Below are positions 27,601-39,593 of a DNA stretch of 64,000 bases, one piece after another. Source of the DNA: Yuukianura sp. NJ FZ-2021 (lineage: Eukaryota); assembly GCA_046563655.1 (NCBI GenBank), contig CM102285.1, forward strand, positions 620,001 through 684,000, in the 5' to 3' direction. A program made the translations under genes and the position numbers. How positions within the stretch are numbered: the first letter of the stretch is position 1; each line of letters begins with the position of its first letter. The notes under the pieces are model-generated. The model ran no database searches, was not told the origin of the DNA, and saw nothing but the letters and a program-made list of their open reading frames with translations.

Positions 27601-30600
27601 ACTAAGGTAGATGCATAGTTTGACAACTGCGCAACACCGTTTTCAAAAAAATGGACACGAAGTTTGAAATTTTGAATTTGAGTGTTTGGATAATTTTGCC
27701 GCCTAAAAGTAAAATTTGAACTGGCCGAGTCGTTTCTTACACAAAATTGCTACAACCAAACACTTTTTAAGTTTCCTTTCCTGTGTTTACTGCTTGCGGC
27801 TTCCTGATTGGTGGAACCAGGAAATGGTGGAATCTGATTGGGCCTGGGCTGCTGCCATTGGAGCTGAACAGCGAATTCGCTCTAAACAATTTCGGCTGAT
27901 CAACTCCTTTCCAAATCGGTCGCTAGCTCTGTCTCAACTGGACTTGGCTGCTGTGAGCTCTTTATGGTTTCCAATTGGTTCAAATTTTTGTTGTCCACTG
28001 CGCATGCGTCATTCGGCTTGGCTTTAGAGTTTTGGTTTTTTACAACACTCAAAAGTAGCATGATCTTTTTATGTTTTTTGGTATAAAATGACACGTTTTA
28101 ACCAACTATTGTGCAAACTTGAAAAGTGATGGAAAGTTTTCAAATTTTGGGTTTTTTTTTTCTTAAGGTTCCTCCACACCGAACGGCGCCGATGAGCAAC
28201 GATTTTGAATTTGTCGTGTCCGTGGCCTTGCCAGTTTTTGATTTGAGAAACACAACAATTACTGAGGATGGAAAGAAGGTAAGCATGAAGGTTTGTAAGC
28301 AAAAAGAAAATTTTTTACATATCAGGTTGTCCAATAACTCGAAGTTTTAACTAATTTTAACTAGCAAATCTGCCTTTCTATGGTAATTTTGCCTTGCAAT
28401 CTAAATGGGATTGGTGCTAAATTGGTGCTAAAAGTTGTTTGAAGCAAGATTTTTGAAAAACCTGAGTTATTGGACAACCTGTTGTAGGAAATACAATCCG
28501 ATTGCCAAGGAACCTTGGTAAGCATGCTTATAGTAAATTTCTACTGTACATGAGTGGATCATGTTTTCACGGCGCTTGCATACTGCTGGCAGCTTTTTGT
28601 AAACTTTTGAGTTGCAACATATCATTTTATGTTTAATTTTTAGAGTAATAGGAGTTCGGGAGCAAAAGACATTAAGGTATTTACACATTCGCTTTTTCGT
28701 GTGCGAACTAGGCTTTAGTTGTTTGCAAAAATAAGCTTCTGCAAAAAAAAAATATTTTGCACACATGTTTGCAAAATTTCGAGTTTTAAAATTTATTTGT
28801 TTGAACTGTACAGGAGCGAATTGCAAATTTTCTGGGCGTTGTGGGTACGGATGTACCGCTGAAAGAACTAAAACGACTCACGACGCCGTTCAAATTGGGT
28901 GTAAACGGCTACGCCTTCATTGTGACCAACAATGGGCATGTCGTGCTTCATCCCAATTGGAGACCAGCTATTAGATCAACAGTAAGTAGCTCAACTGCAA
29001 TTTGATCAACACAACAACTGTGTAACGAAACATTGTTGAACTGTTGATTTATGTCGTTCACAGCATGGTGACATTTTGAAACCGAATTACAACAGCGTTG
29101 ATTTGCTCGAACTGGAATTGGTCGATAGCAACGGAACGTATAGAAACAACGACTCCATGCTGCTTCAGGTAAAGATTACAATCGGTAATCAAATAAATGG
29201 CGTTTTATTTTTTATTTTTTTTTGAAATTTTTAATTTTTGAACGTTTTCGCGTAACCAAAACTTATTTTCCCAAAAGTCCTACTGTACAAAGTTAGAAGG
29301 TGTGATGGAGTTTTTAAAAATCAATATTTTGGAATTTTTTAAATTTCCATAAATAAGGAAAATGCACTTTAGTGAATTTGTTAGCCCAATCCTGTATTTT
29401 CCAAATGTCCTTCTGTGAAAAGTTGGAAGGTGTGATGGAGTTTTAAAAATCAATATTTTGGAATTTTTTAAATTTATATAAAAAAAAAGAAAATGCTTTT
29501 TAGTGAATTAGTTAGCCTAATCCTGCATTTTCCAAATGTCCTACTGTACAAAGTTAGAAGGTGTGATGGAGTTTTTAAAAATCAATATTTTGGAATTTTT
29601 TAAATTTCCATAAATAAGGAAAATGCACTTTAGTGAATTTGTTAGCCCAATCCTGTATTTTCCAAATGTCCTTCTGTGAAAAGTTGGAAGGTGTGATGGA
29701 GTTTTAAAAATCAATATTTTGGAATTTTTTAAATTTATATAAAAAAAAAAGAAAATGCTTTTTAGTGAATTAGTTAGCCTAATCCTGCATTTTCCAAAAG
29801 TCCTACTGTAGAAAGTTAGAAAGTTGGCGTGTGATATTATTTTCAAAAAAACATTATTTTTGAATTCTTTATTTTCTCATAAATAATGAAAACATATTGA
29901 AGTGATTTTCTCAGTCAAATCGTAACTTTTCCGAATGTCCTTCTGTGGAAAGTTAGAAGGTGTGATGGTGTTTTGAAAAATCAATATTTTGGAATTTTTT
30001 AAATTTCCATAAATAAGGAAAATGCACTTTAGTGAATTTGTTAGCCCAATCCTGTATTTTCCAAATGTCCTTCTGTGAAAAGTTGGAAGGTGTGATGGAG
30101 TTTTAAAAATCAATATTTTGGAATTTTTTAAATTTATATAAAAAAAGGAAAATGCTTTTTAGTGAATTAATTAGCCTAATCCTGCATTTTCCAAATGTCC
30201 TTCTGTGGAAAGTGAGAAGGTGTGATGTAGTTTTTAAAAATCAATATTTTGGAATTTTTTAAATTTCCATAAATAAGGAAAATGCACTTTAGTGAATTTG
30301 TTAGCCTAATCCTATATTTTCAAAAAGTCCTTCTGTGAAAAGTTAGAAGGTGTGATGGTGTTTTAAAAAAAACAATATTTTTGAATTTTTTAATTTGACA
30401 TAAATTAGGAAAATGAGGTTATGTCACAGTCTACCTCGGTCCAAATTTTCAGAATTTTTCTAACTTTCAAAATTTTTAACTCTTCACCACTCACCAACCA
30501 TTTGTATGCTAACGTACCATAACAAACTTAACAATTTATGTTCAACACTTTTTCTATCAACAGATGCGACACGAAATCGTGATGCGTGACAAGAGTTTCA

Positions 30601-33600
30601 GGAATCTCCGTCTGCGCATCCCACAACAAGATTTTGTAAGTTTCTTGCCATTATAAAACAAAGTTTTATGATAACACGCAACTCAAAAATTGCTTCTGTG
30701 CATACATTGCTAAACTTTGGTGATGTTTTAACTAAAATTGCTAAAATTTGAACAGAAACGTGTGACAATTCGAAACCAGGCGTTTGAATTCGAGGGAATC
30801 AACGAGACACCGTACACTCTGGGCATCTCTGTCCCCGAGAGAGCGAATTGGTTCCACGGTCAGATCGAAGTTATGCGGATCGGGAAGGACGAGGGGATCA
30901 ATGTCCTTCAGTACTTGGATCCAGTGTCACCTCCTGATTCTGGAGGAGGAGGAGGCGGAGGAGGAGGAGGCGGAGGAGGGAGGAGGTGGGCCATCAACCC
31001 CAACTGGCAGTACTGCCACTACATCCGGAGTGGGAGTGACAGGGGGTTCACCAGCATGGAGGAGCAGCTCATTCACTTCCTCCGGGAGATTCAGCAGAGT
31101 TCGTCAAATTGGAAATGGAAAAATACAGGCGTCGGCATCAACAAGAACGTTCGGCATTCCAACAAACGCCATCTTGAAGAAGACATCTATGAATGTACAG
31201 TACAAACAAAAATTTCAGAGAAATAATTTTCAAAAACAATTTTTCCATGAAAATTTAACTTTTTAGATTTTTGAAGACTAATTTTGAAATGCAATATTTC
31301 AGGCGATAAGGATCTGGTCCAATCTCTAATTTTTGACGCCAATGTTACCGACGTATTCACATCCTCCTCCAAAATTTGGAAAATTAACAAAAACGAATCG
31401 TAAGTGAAACATTTAAGAATATATTTATATTTTAAAAATGAAAAGAAAAACTGATATTTTGAAATGTATCTAACTAATCTATGACTCAAAATTTATGATT
31501 TGAAACAAAAAAATTTCTAAAATTGCACTTTTCTCCCGCTCTTTTTCTTGTTGCAAAATTAATTTTTACCGAAAGGTCGCTTGCATTACTGTTTGCACTG
31601 ATGCCAAGGTAAACTTCACATCTTCATGCACAAGCACTTTCAAAAATCTTACTTTTTAAATTGTCCAAAATGGAAACCAATTTTTAAAACGATTTCTTCT
31701 GACACCTTCTTATGCACCATTTTACTGCTCACTCACTCTGGAACCTTGGGATTTCTACTTGTTTTTGAAACTGAAATTTCAATGTTGTGAAATTTGAAAC
31801 TGAAATTTTGAAATGTTATATCTCTAATGCTCTTGTTTTCAAAATTTTTGTTCCAAATTTGTAGCCGAATTATTGAGATGTATGGAGCCCTCATGGCCTT
31901 CATTGCCACTCGAAGTGGACTCACTCGCTGGATAGAATTTTCCGGCTCAAGTCATCAAGGAAAGTAAGCAAACATAGTAAATTTACTTAAACGTAAACTA
32001 TTATCAACGTAAATTTTTTTATCATCATCGTAAATTTACATAAACTTATATGAACAAAAGTAGGCGTAAATTTAATTTACACCTACTAATTTCCATTTCC
32101 TAACGTAATTTTTATAATTTTCAGCGGGAACAATCACCGACCTGCAGGTCCAGCAGTTGATCCGAGTGCCACAGATTCGCTATGGTACCAGAGAGCTGTT
32201 GACCGTTATGAAGTTGACCCGAATTCCTTCGTGTACTCAGTGCCCATCAACTCCGGAGTGAACCCTAATACCCGGGTAACAGCCACCAGAGCCATCTTCG
32301 TCACCAAGCATGGGCGCAAGGCTCCAGTGGCAGTCGTCGGCATAGAATTTGACCACCAGAAGTGGTCCAAGTTTTTTCTTGACATTACCGGCACGGTAAG
32401 TAACTACAACATTCAAAAATGGCGCCAACTTTTAAAATTGGCGGGCTTTTTTTACGAATAGTGTATGGAAGGACGGGATTGTAAGAAGACTTGTGAACGT
32501 GCCGAATTCGATTGTTACGTTTTGGATGATAATGGGTACATACTCATTACGACTAGAAGGCCAGAAGATACTGGTGAGCTGTTGTACCACATGTACACTT
32601 TGAAATTTTCAAAATTTTGAAAAATTTCAATCTTCAATTTTTTTTTTGTACAGGGAAGTTTTTTGGGGAAGTGGATGGTATGGTCCTGGAAATGCTGGTG
32701 AACGCAGACGTGTACAAGCGCGTACGTGTTTACGATTTCCAAGATGCCTGTCCCCAAGTCCTCTCGCTAACGAGCCCGGCCAACTATCTCCTCACAGTAA
32801 TTTTAAGAAAATTTCAAAATTTCTAAAAAAAACAAATTTTTATTTTTTTGAAAAATTGTATTTCTCATTCCAGCCCCTCTATCACCTCAAGTGGTTCTTT
32901 TCATGGTTGCTTTCACATTTTGTCTACCTGGCAGTCAATTGGGCAACAATTGGTGCAGAGGGTAAGAAACGTCATTGATCTTTAAGAGGTCATTGACCTT
33001 TGACCTTTGCAGTTCACTTTACAGTATGTTTTGTGTAGTTTTAGAAGACATAGAGTTGAATCCACCAATGAAAGACTACCTAACAATCAACAAAACAAAG
33101 TTGAATCCGTGTGACAAGGAGTATGACCTCTTCACCTACGGCGCAGCCTACAACAGTCACAGTTTTTTCTATAGTGGCATCCTCAACAAATGTGGACACA
33201 ACTGTGACGGGTAAAGTTATGGAAAAAGTTAAGGTCAAAGGTCACTTGAGGTCATGAACTCATTTTGTGTCTAGGTACTTCAATGTCCACTACATCCCAC
33301 ATACGAATCTAATCCTAGTCGTGACCGACGGTAGATGTCAGTGCGGTCACAACGCAACAGTCATTGCTCCACGTATTGTGCCCTACCAAAACGCTGTCAA
33401 CGCCACAGAAGACCTGTGTCGAATACCCAGAGTCCCACTGGCCAGGAGGAAACCCGATGTTTGCTATCCTTCTAACCCAGAGGTAAGCAAGGTTCCTATA
33501 GCAACGAAATAGTTTTCCTTTAACAGGTTTGGCAATAAGTACTCTCTACGGAAAATACCGTCCCGAACAATTTTTTCCGCCAATTTCCCGCCAATCCCAT

Positions 33601-34120
33601 TTGATTACTTTAAACAGTGTTGGCGGATGGATAAAATATTTCTTCCGCTCCCCTCGAAAGTGGTCGATATATCCGAATTTTTTTGGTTTCTTCCTGCCAA
33701 AACTCTCAATTTCGTCCATCGGATACTGGATTTCATCCGGATTATCCATTTATCCAGTGGATATATCCTGGACGAAATGCTGAAAACGTGGTTATCCACC
33801 AACACTGCATTTAAATCATTGCCATAGAAAGGCAGGATGAAGCAAGTTTTGCTAATTTTTTAACAAAATCTAACAAGTTGTAGTTATTGTCTAACCTGTT
33901 GAAGAAAAAACTATTTTCTTTTTTACGAACCTTGGAGGTAATTACATCACCTTTGACCTTGAGAATCCCCGGGTCATTGACCTGTGCTAAACGTTGACTG
34001 AATTTGTTCTGTTTGCAGGAGGGAGATTTGATGGAAGATTGTGGTAGAGGCGGGAAACTTCAAATATCAACAACATTTCAACTATTCCTATTTTTTGTGT
34101 TGCGTTTTGTTTTGTTGTAG
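24666..34120 (+). CDS. stj: Voltage-gated calcium channel auxiliary subunit alpha2delta (CACNA2D3/4-like, straightjacket-like), multi-exon
   Basis: Signal-peptide exon MSATQVFVFLLLIQL at 24666; VWA_N region (VNFTSSTVHVPT, WQYFGSATGFLRQYPG, DARMRPWY); MIDAS DVSGS and ITDG; Cache domains (LGVNGYAFIVTNNGHVVLHPN); last exon 34019-34120 ends CGRG plus a hydrophobic tail (GPI-anchor-like). Confidence 0.95.
24771..25022. repeat. ~38-bp intronic minisatellite (~7 copies, plus a stray copy near 25254)
   Basis: Core tttgacttggagggagtaactatgtt followed by catctaac- or gacgcaatttga-type tails. Confidence 0.9.
29270..30420. repeat. ~130-bp tandem satellite (~9 units) with A/B higher-order dimers, intronic
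   Basis: Unit aaagttagaaggtgtgatggagtttttaaaaatcaatattttggaatttttt...ccaaatgtcc recurs about every 130 bp. The variants (ttccataaataagg versus ttatataaaaaaa) alternate. Confidence 0.95.
33488..33934. mobile_element. MITE with ~50-bp TIRs (caaggttc...gaaccttg) and 8-bp TSD, hAT-like; contains a nested MITE
   Basis: Left caaggttcctatagcaacgaaatagttttcctttaacaggtt inverts right aacctgttgaagaaaaaactattttcttttttacgaaccttg. Flanks are GAGGTAAG / GAGGTAAT. The same right end recurs at ~52200-52244. Confidence 0.75.
33615..33807. mobile_element. hAT-type MITE (CAGTGTTGG...CCAACACTG), copy 1
   Basis: TIRs cagtgttggcggat / atccaccaacactg. The body is similar, in reverse orientation, to 51110-51297. 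Confidence 0.8.
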
Positions 34121-34253
34121 AGTGATATACAATCCTCTCTAAAACCAATCAATGAACGTGTAATATCAATTCCTAGAATTATTATTCAAGTCTTCCATGT
34201 TTTTTCTAATGCCAATTGAGACAATAATAAACTTCTTGCAAAGACGATGTAAA

Positions 34254-35350
34254 TAAGTATCGTCAGATCAATTATAGAGAATTCCCGCGCCGGATATTGT
34301 TGACCAAGACCTCTGATATTATTAGAGGTAACTTGAGGTCACAGAGCATTCGGCATTATATTAATATTAATGCTAATATTATATTAATTAATATTATTAA
34401 TATTAATATGTATATATTAATTAATATTAATATATACAATATTAAAATTAATTAATTTTAATATATATATAATATTAATATTAATTAATATATTATTAAT
34501 AATATTAATCCTCGCGGCGTCAAAAATCCATCCCCGAATTGTGGAAAAAAAGATGAGCTTGACCTTTGACCCTGCTAGAGGCCACTCAAGCTCATCAAAA
34601 TCGGATCCCCGCATTCCCCTTCCGAGTCTGCCCATCCGTTTCCGTGATGTAAATGGAGCATAACCTTGACCTATGACACCAATAGAGGTCACTTAAGGTG
34701 AATCCAAAAACTGATGTTTAGTCGTCTGGTTTGTACATAGTTACTCATTAAAAAGCTGCAAAGTCACAAAGTTGTCGTCTCAATGCGATGAACACCTTTT
34801 GTAAGGGTAATTTTTTTGATTTCCGTGAAAAAATGTGCTTGACCTTGAGCTTTGAGCCGGAAATTGGCCACTTCCGGTCAAACCAGAGACCGATTAGTCA
34901 CCCCTGTACCATGTGAAGGTCATCTGCGAAGACAGGTTGAAAATCGGTCCTGTGGTTCCTGAGTTATAGACGCGCGTAGAATGAGCGACGCCATTTTGCA
35001 ACTTTCATCGTCTATATCTCCAGAACCGTAGGTCAAAGGTCAAGGTCACCTACAGCAAAGTTGTTCCCCTCAATAAAATGAACAACTTTTGTAGAGGCCA
35101 TTTGTCCAAATTCCGTCAATAATGTACTTGACCTTGACCTTTGACCCGGAAGTTGGCCACTTCCGGTCAAACCGAAAACGACTTGTTCACCCCTGGGCCA
35201 TGCGTAGTTGATCTGTGAAGACAGATTGAAAATCGGTCCAGCGGTTCCAGAGATATTGTAGCTAGTATACCGACGGACGGACAGACAGACGGACAGACAG
35301 ACGGACAGACGGACATTACGATCCCTATAAGTATCTGACGATACTTAATA
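34254..35350. mobile_element. DINE-1/Helentron-associated (HINE)-like non-autonomous element
   Basis: Subterminal inverted repeat taagtatcgtcagat (34254-34268) / atctgacgatactta (35333-35347), a 3' hairpin aagtatc-tgac-gatactt, a (GACA/GACG)n microsatellite at 35272-35314, an internal ~125-bp duplication (~34835 and ~35125), and an AT-only tract at 34355-34510. Confidence 0.65.
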
Positions 35351-35470
35351 AAGTCACAAACTAAATTACATACCGCGGTAAATTTGATTTTGAGCACTTT
35401 TCTAAATTCTAAGAAAACCTTCCTTCTGAATAGCTAAGGACTGTGTCTGTTGAAGATTTTGAAAAAATTG

Positions 35471-35484
35471 GTTGCCAGGGAAAC
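35471..35484. promoter_or_regulatory. RFX X-box
   Basis: GTTGCCAGGGAAAC fits GTTnCCnnGGnAAC and lies ~185 bp upstream of a ciliary-protein-like ATG. Confidence 0.6.
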
Positions 35485-35667
35485 TGGTTGAGTTTGGTTT
35501 CACTTTTAGTTGTTCAGAAAATGCATTTTGACAACAACGGACGCCTCGAGCTTTGAATTTTCATATTTTGACACAATTTTTTGAAAGTCTCCGCTTATTT
35601 TTCCTAAGGAAGCTACTTTTTAGTGGATCTTCATCAGCAGAGCTAAAGTTTGAAAGTTTTGAAAATT

Positions 35668-36272
35668 ATGGCGGCACAACCACAACGTGAGTACTTGGGA
35701 TTTGCTGATGCTGCGGACGTGGAATGGCGAGTCCAGAAGGAAGCTGATGGACGCCGGTCATGGCGTAAAAACTGGTCCGAAGACTTCATGGAAATCTACG
35801 AGTAAGGAAATGCTGGCAGCATCTCCCATAAAGCTGGCAGTATCTTCGGCTGAAAAAGTTTATAATTGTTAATGTTTTGCAGAAAGTGGATTCGGAGCGA
35901 TATCCGACGAGTTCTTCGGAAACCGAGTCATCAGGCCCTGGAATGGCTCGCATGGCAACGGAAGTTTGAGGTTCCCCAAGTGGGGGAATGGATGGCACGC
36001 CAAAATCGTGGAATCCTGATTGGTCCACAATCTTGTCCTACACAGTGCTGTAAACCGGGACCGTGGCCGGTCACAACTGCTGCAGAAGTACGCAAGTATC
36101 CTGCAGCATTCCAGGTTTTGCACATGCGCGTTCATTCCCATTGTTATACTTGCAGGTTGGATGGCTTGCGCAGCACAAAGACTGCAACCTCGAGATTTAC
36201 GACATGAAGTACAACCAGAAGCCGCCTCTGCCATGGTACATGACTAAAATCTCCGAACGTCCACTCCACTGA
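35668..36272 (+). CDS. Small ciliary microtubule inner protein-like gene (CIMIP1/C20orf85-like)
   Basis: Exons 35668-35801, 35883-36087, 36156-36272 (GT-AG). Protein has ADVEWRVQKEADGRRSWRKNW and PVTTAAEVGWLA...CNLEIY, resembling the W...E...W..NW and P-x-TT-x-x-x-(I/V)GW motifs of C20orf85/C2orf50-type proteins (family assignment from memory). Confidence 0.6.
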
Positions 36273-37185
36273 AACCTCAAATCAAAACACTACGACAAAA
36301 AAAAACATCACAATTCATAGAATGTCTTCTTTTTTTTTTTTCAAAAAATAGATTAAATCTAATATTTTGAAATATTATTCAACATATTGAACTGGAGCAG
36401 TAACAATTTGTACGGTTTATTCCCTTTGTTTTTTTAATCCTCTCCTAACCTTACACTCAAAAATCACGAAATTAAGTTTCAAATAAATTATTTAAAAATT
36501 ACAAAAGCGAGACTAAACACGGCATCAACTTCAACATTTTCTTTTGTTTTTTTGCGGTATCTGGAAATATGAAATTCATTTAGTCCTGGGAACGTCAAAA
36601 AAAAAAAATTCGTAACACCTTTTCATTGCATTTTTTGAAAATGTGTCAAGGAATTAGAACAGGGAAGCCTTCGGAAATATTGTTATTACTTTTACTTAGA
36701 ATTACGAAAATTCAGATGAAAAACTCGTTTTGGAAAAGATAGTTGCTGTATAAAATGATTTTAACGTTTCAGATGACCCCGAATACAAGTTGCTTAGTTG
36801 GTAGATGTCGCAATTGAGGTAAAATTTCTAGGTACCAGGATATGCCTATTTTTTAATAGTATGAATTCATGACGTGCATGACACATTTTCCGAATTTTAG
36901 TGTTCAACTGTTTGCAATTGAACCAACGGAAACTAGTAAATTGGTTTGAAAACCTTAACATACTTTTTTTCAATAATTTTCTGAAATTGATGTTAATGTT
37001 TTATATGTTGCCATAACTTGTCCGAAGTGTCCATTTTGATAACGTTCACCCTGGACTCAAACTGAATTTCACAATTCGTCTCCTATATAATCCTTGCCAC
37101 TATCGGCTAGAAATTGTCAAAAATCCATTTCTCATTTTTAAAAAGTATTATTTTTGAAATCCAATAACGTAAGGAATTTGAGAAG

Positions 37186-38995
37186 ATGAAGTTCTTTGTC
37201 TACCTATTATTGTTGGAAATAGCGTTGAAGTGGGCATCGGCCGTTGGGTTTGGGAGTAAAGTAGACGCAGGAATTGAGCAGGCGCTGAAGATCAAGAGCA
37301 CTGTCCACATTGTGGTGTCCTTTGAAGAGACGAATGGGGTACTTTCTACTCTTGCGCAGAAGCAAAAGAACGAACACGGTTTGGCCGCAACGCAGGTACT
37401 TTTAAAAATAAGACTACATGGTTTTAATCATCTTTTACACACTTAACTTTATTCAACCATCGCTTAAATAGAAACTGCAAGGGTGTGCTCTAGGCTAGAA
37501 TTCCTGACCTTTCAAATAATCTTTTGCCTACTCTCAATTTTTCTGATGCTGTGTGTTTTTTTTTTTCCAACAGGTACACCAGACTCTGATGTCCCACGCC
37601 AAGAGGTCACAGGCAGCCGTTCTTTCTCTGCTCACGTCTGGCAACTGGACTTCGTTCAAGGTCAAGTCCTTGTGGATTTCAAACCAACTTTACATTGAGG
37701 CTGCCGATTTTGATCTCATCGATCTGCTCTCAAATATGGATGAAGTGAAGGAAATCCATGAAGAATTAGTGGTTCCGTTGGACTATCCCATCGCAAGTGC
37801 AGGTTCTGAAGATTGGAAGGTGGGTGACGCCGTGTGGGGCATTGAGAGAATCAAAGCAAAGGAGGCTTGGGCTATTGCTGGTACTGGAGAAGGGGTGACC
37901 GTGGGAATCATTGACACTGGCGTCATGTTCAGTCATGCAGCTATCAGAGACAGTTACGGTGGTGACGAGTACTCTTGGTATGATCCGTATTCTAGGAGTC
38001 AAGACCCCTTTGACCCCGTGGGACATGGAACTCACGTCACTGGAACAATTGCTGGAGGGTACGTTGGAATGGAAGCTCCAGGGATAAGCGAACGATAGCC
38101 AATCATTTACTTTAATTTGAGTAGGTTTGGGATTGGTGTTGCTCCTGGAGTAAAGTGGATTGCATGCAGAGGGCTCAGCGAAGACGGTGGACGGGAGTCG
38201 AAATTAATTGAGTGCGGTCAATTCATGCTGTGTCCACACACATACGATGGAGCCGGAGAAGACTGTTCGAAGGCTCCACAAGTAGTGAGGTTGGGAAAAT
38301 TAACAATTTATCTTCCAAAAAAATACAAATTTGTTAAATATTGTGGAATAAATGTTATTTCACATGGAAAAAAGTATCTTCCGCATGTAACGTTAAGTAC
38401 ATCTGACCAATCTCTTTTCAATTCCAGCAACTCTTGGGGAAGACCGATTGGAGGGCAAACCTACTACGACGCCGTGATACGCGCATGGCGTACAGCAAAT
38501 ATTATTCCCATCTTTGCAGCTGGGAACGCCGGTCCGAAATGTGCAAGTATCGGGTCTCCTGCAGATTCTTCAGCTGGAGTAATCGCCGTCGCAGCCACGA
38601 CTCCAGAGGATGGAATTGCGCCTTTTAGTTCCAGAGGACCATCACATTGGGAAGGTCAACATAAACCGGACATCGCTGCTCCTGGACTCAATGTTCTCTC
38701 CGCGGGAATTCAACATGATGACTCTTACGTGGTTAAATCTGGGACGTCAATGGCTTGTCCACATGTGACTGGAGTAGTGGCCCTGCTCAAGTCCATTTGT
38801 GGTGAATCCTTGTATTACGAATTTATCCAGGAAATTTTAGCTGTCACTGCGGCACAGAACCTAACGTTTAGTTTAACCGACCCTGATTGTAGTGGTTTCG
38901 GTCAGAAAGAACACGAATTCCCTGACTATTTGTTTGGTCACGGACGGATCGATGCTTGGAAGGCCGTCCTTGAGGCATCTAAACGCTGTGCATAA
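37186..38995 (+). CDS. Secreted S8 subtilisin-family serine protease, bacillopeptidase-F-like
   Basis: Exons 37186-37395, 37574-38058, 38125-38289, 38428-38995. Signal peptide, propeptide (KSLWISNQLYI), catalytic Asp (IIDTGV), His (GHGTHVTG), oxyanion Asn (AAGNAG) and Ser (SGTSMACPHV); GIGVAPGVKWIACRG and NSWG motifs. Confidence 0.9.
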
Positions 38996-39078
38996 TTCAC
39001 AGTGATCGGACTTTAATGGTCCTTCTGTAGTAACTGAATTTAATAAACTTTCAACTGTAGAAATAAACTAAAGGAGTT

Positions 39079-39593
39079 TTAGATTGAAGCGTTGAAACGT
39101 CCAGACATGTAAGCCATCCATGGGCACCATTGATTGCCTGGTAGAAAAGCTCCTCCAGCTTCCATGTAGTGCTCTTCCAGATATTCCATGTTCGCATCAC
39201 ATACCTCAATCATGGCATCATTGAAATGAATCCTATCTGGATCTATAGAATTCAGATTCACTTTCTACCGGAATTATAAATGCGTAATGTTATTTGGGAC
39301 TCCGAACAATTTAGAAATGGTGGTATGTTACCGACGTGGAAGCTCCAGTTAGGGTTGTAGGGAGCCTTCGTTTTGCAAACGTATCCGATAAACATTTTGG
39401 GGTGTTCCGGTGTATTAAAGCCGTCTCGGATCAACTGATCTGCCTCTTTCACACGCTCAGGGTCATTGATTTTGAAAATAAAGGTCTTGTTCTTGTTACT
39501 CTCACTAGGTCGATGGTTTGTGAGAACAAACAAATTGTCGCTCACAACACTTTCGACGACGACCAATCCAATAACCAAAACCACAACCCACAT
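39079..39593 (-). CDS. Secreted BP74-like / bacterial 'calmodulin-binding protein'-like protein, ~141 aa
   Basis: Exons 39593-39332 and 39242-39079. Signal peptide [18 protein letters not shown], then FIFKINDP...[36 protein letters not shown]...[13 protein letters not shown], a motif string I recognise from the BP74 N-terminal family (bacteria, Dictyostelium). Confidence 0.75.

Noticed and set aside
29541-30113. Repeated-peptide ORFs (FKTPSHLPTFHRRTFGK)
   Set aside because: Translation of the 130-bp satellite, not a gene.
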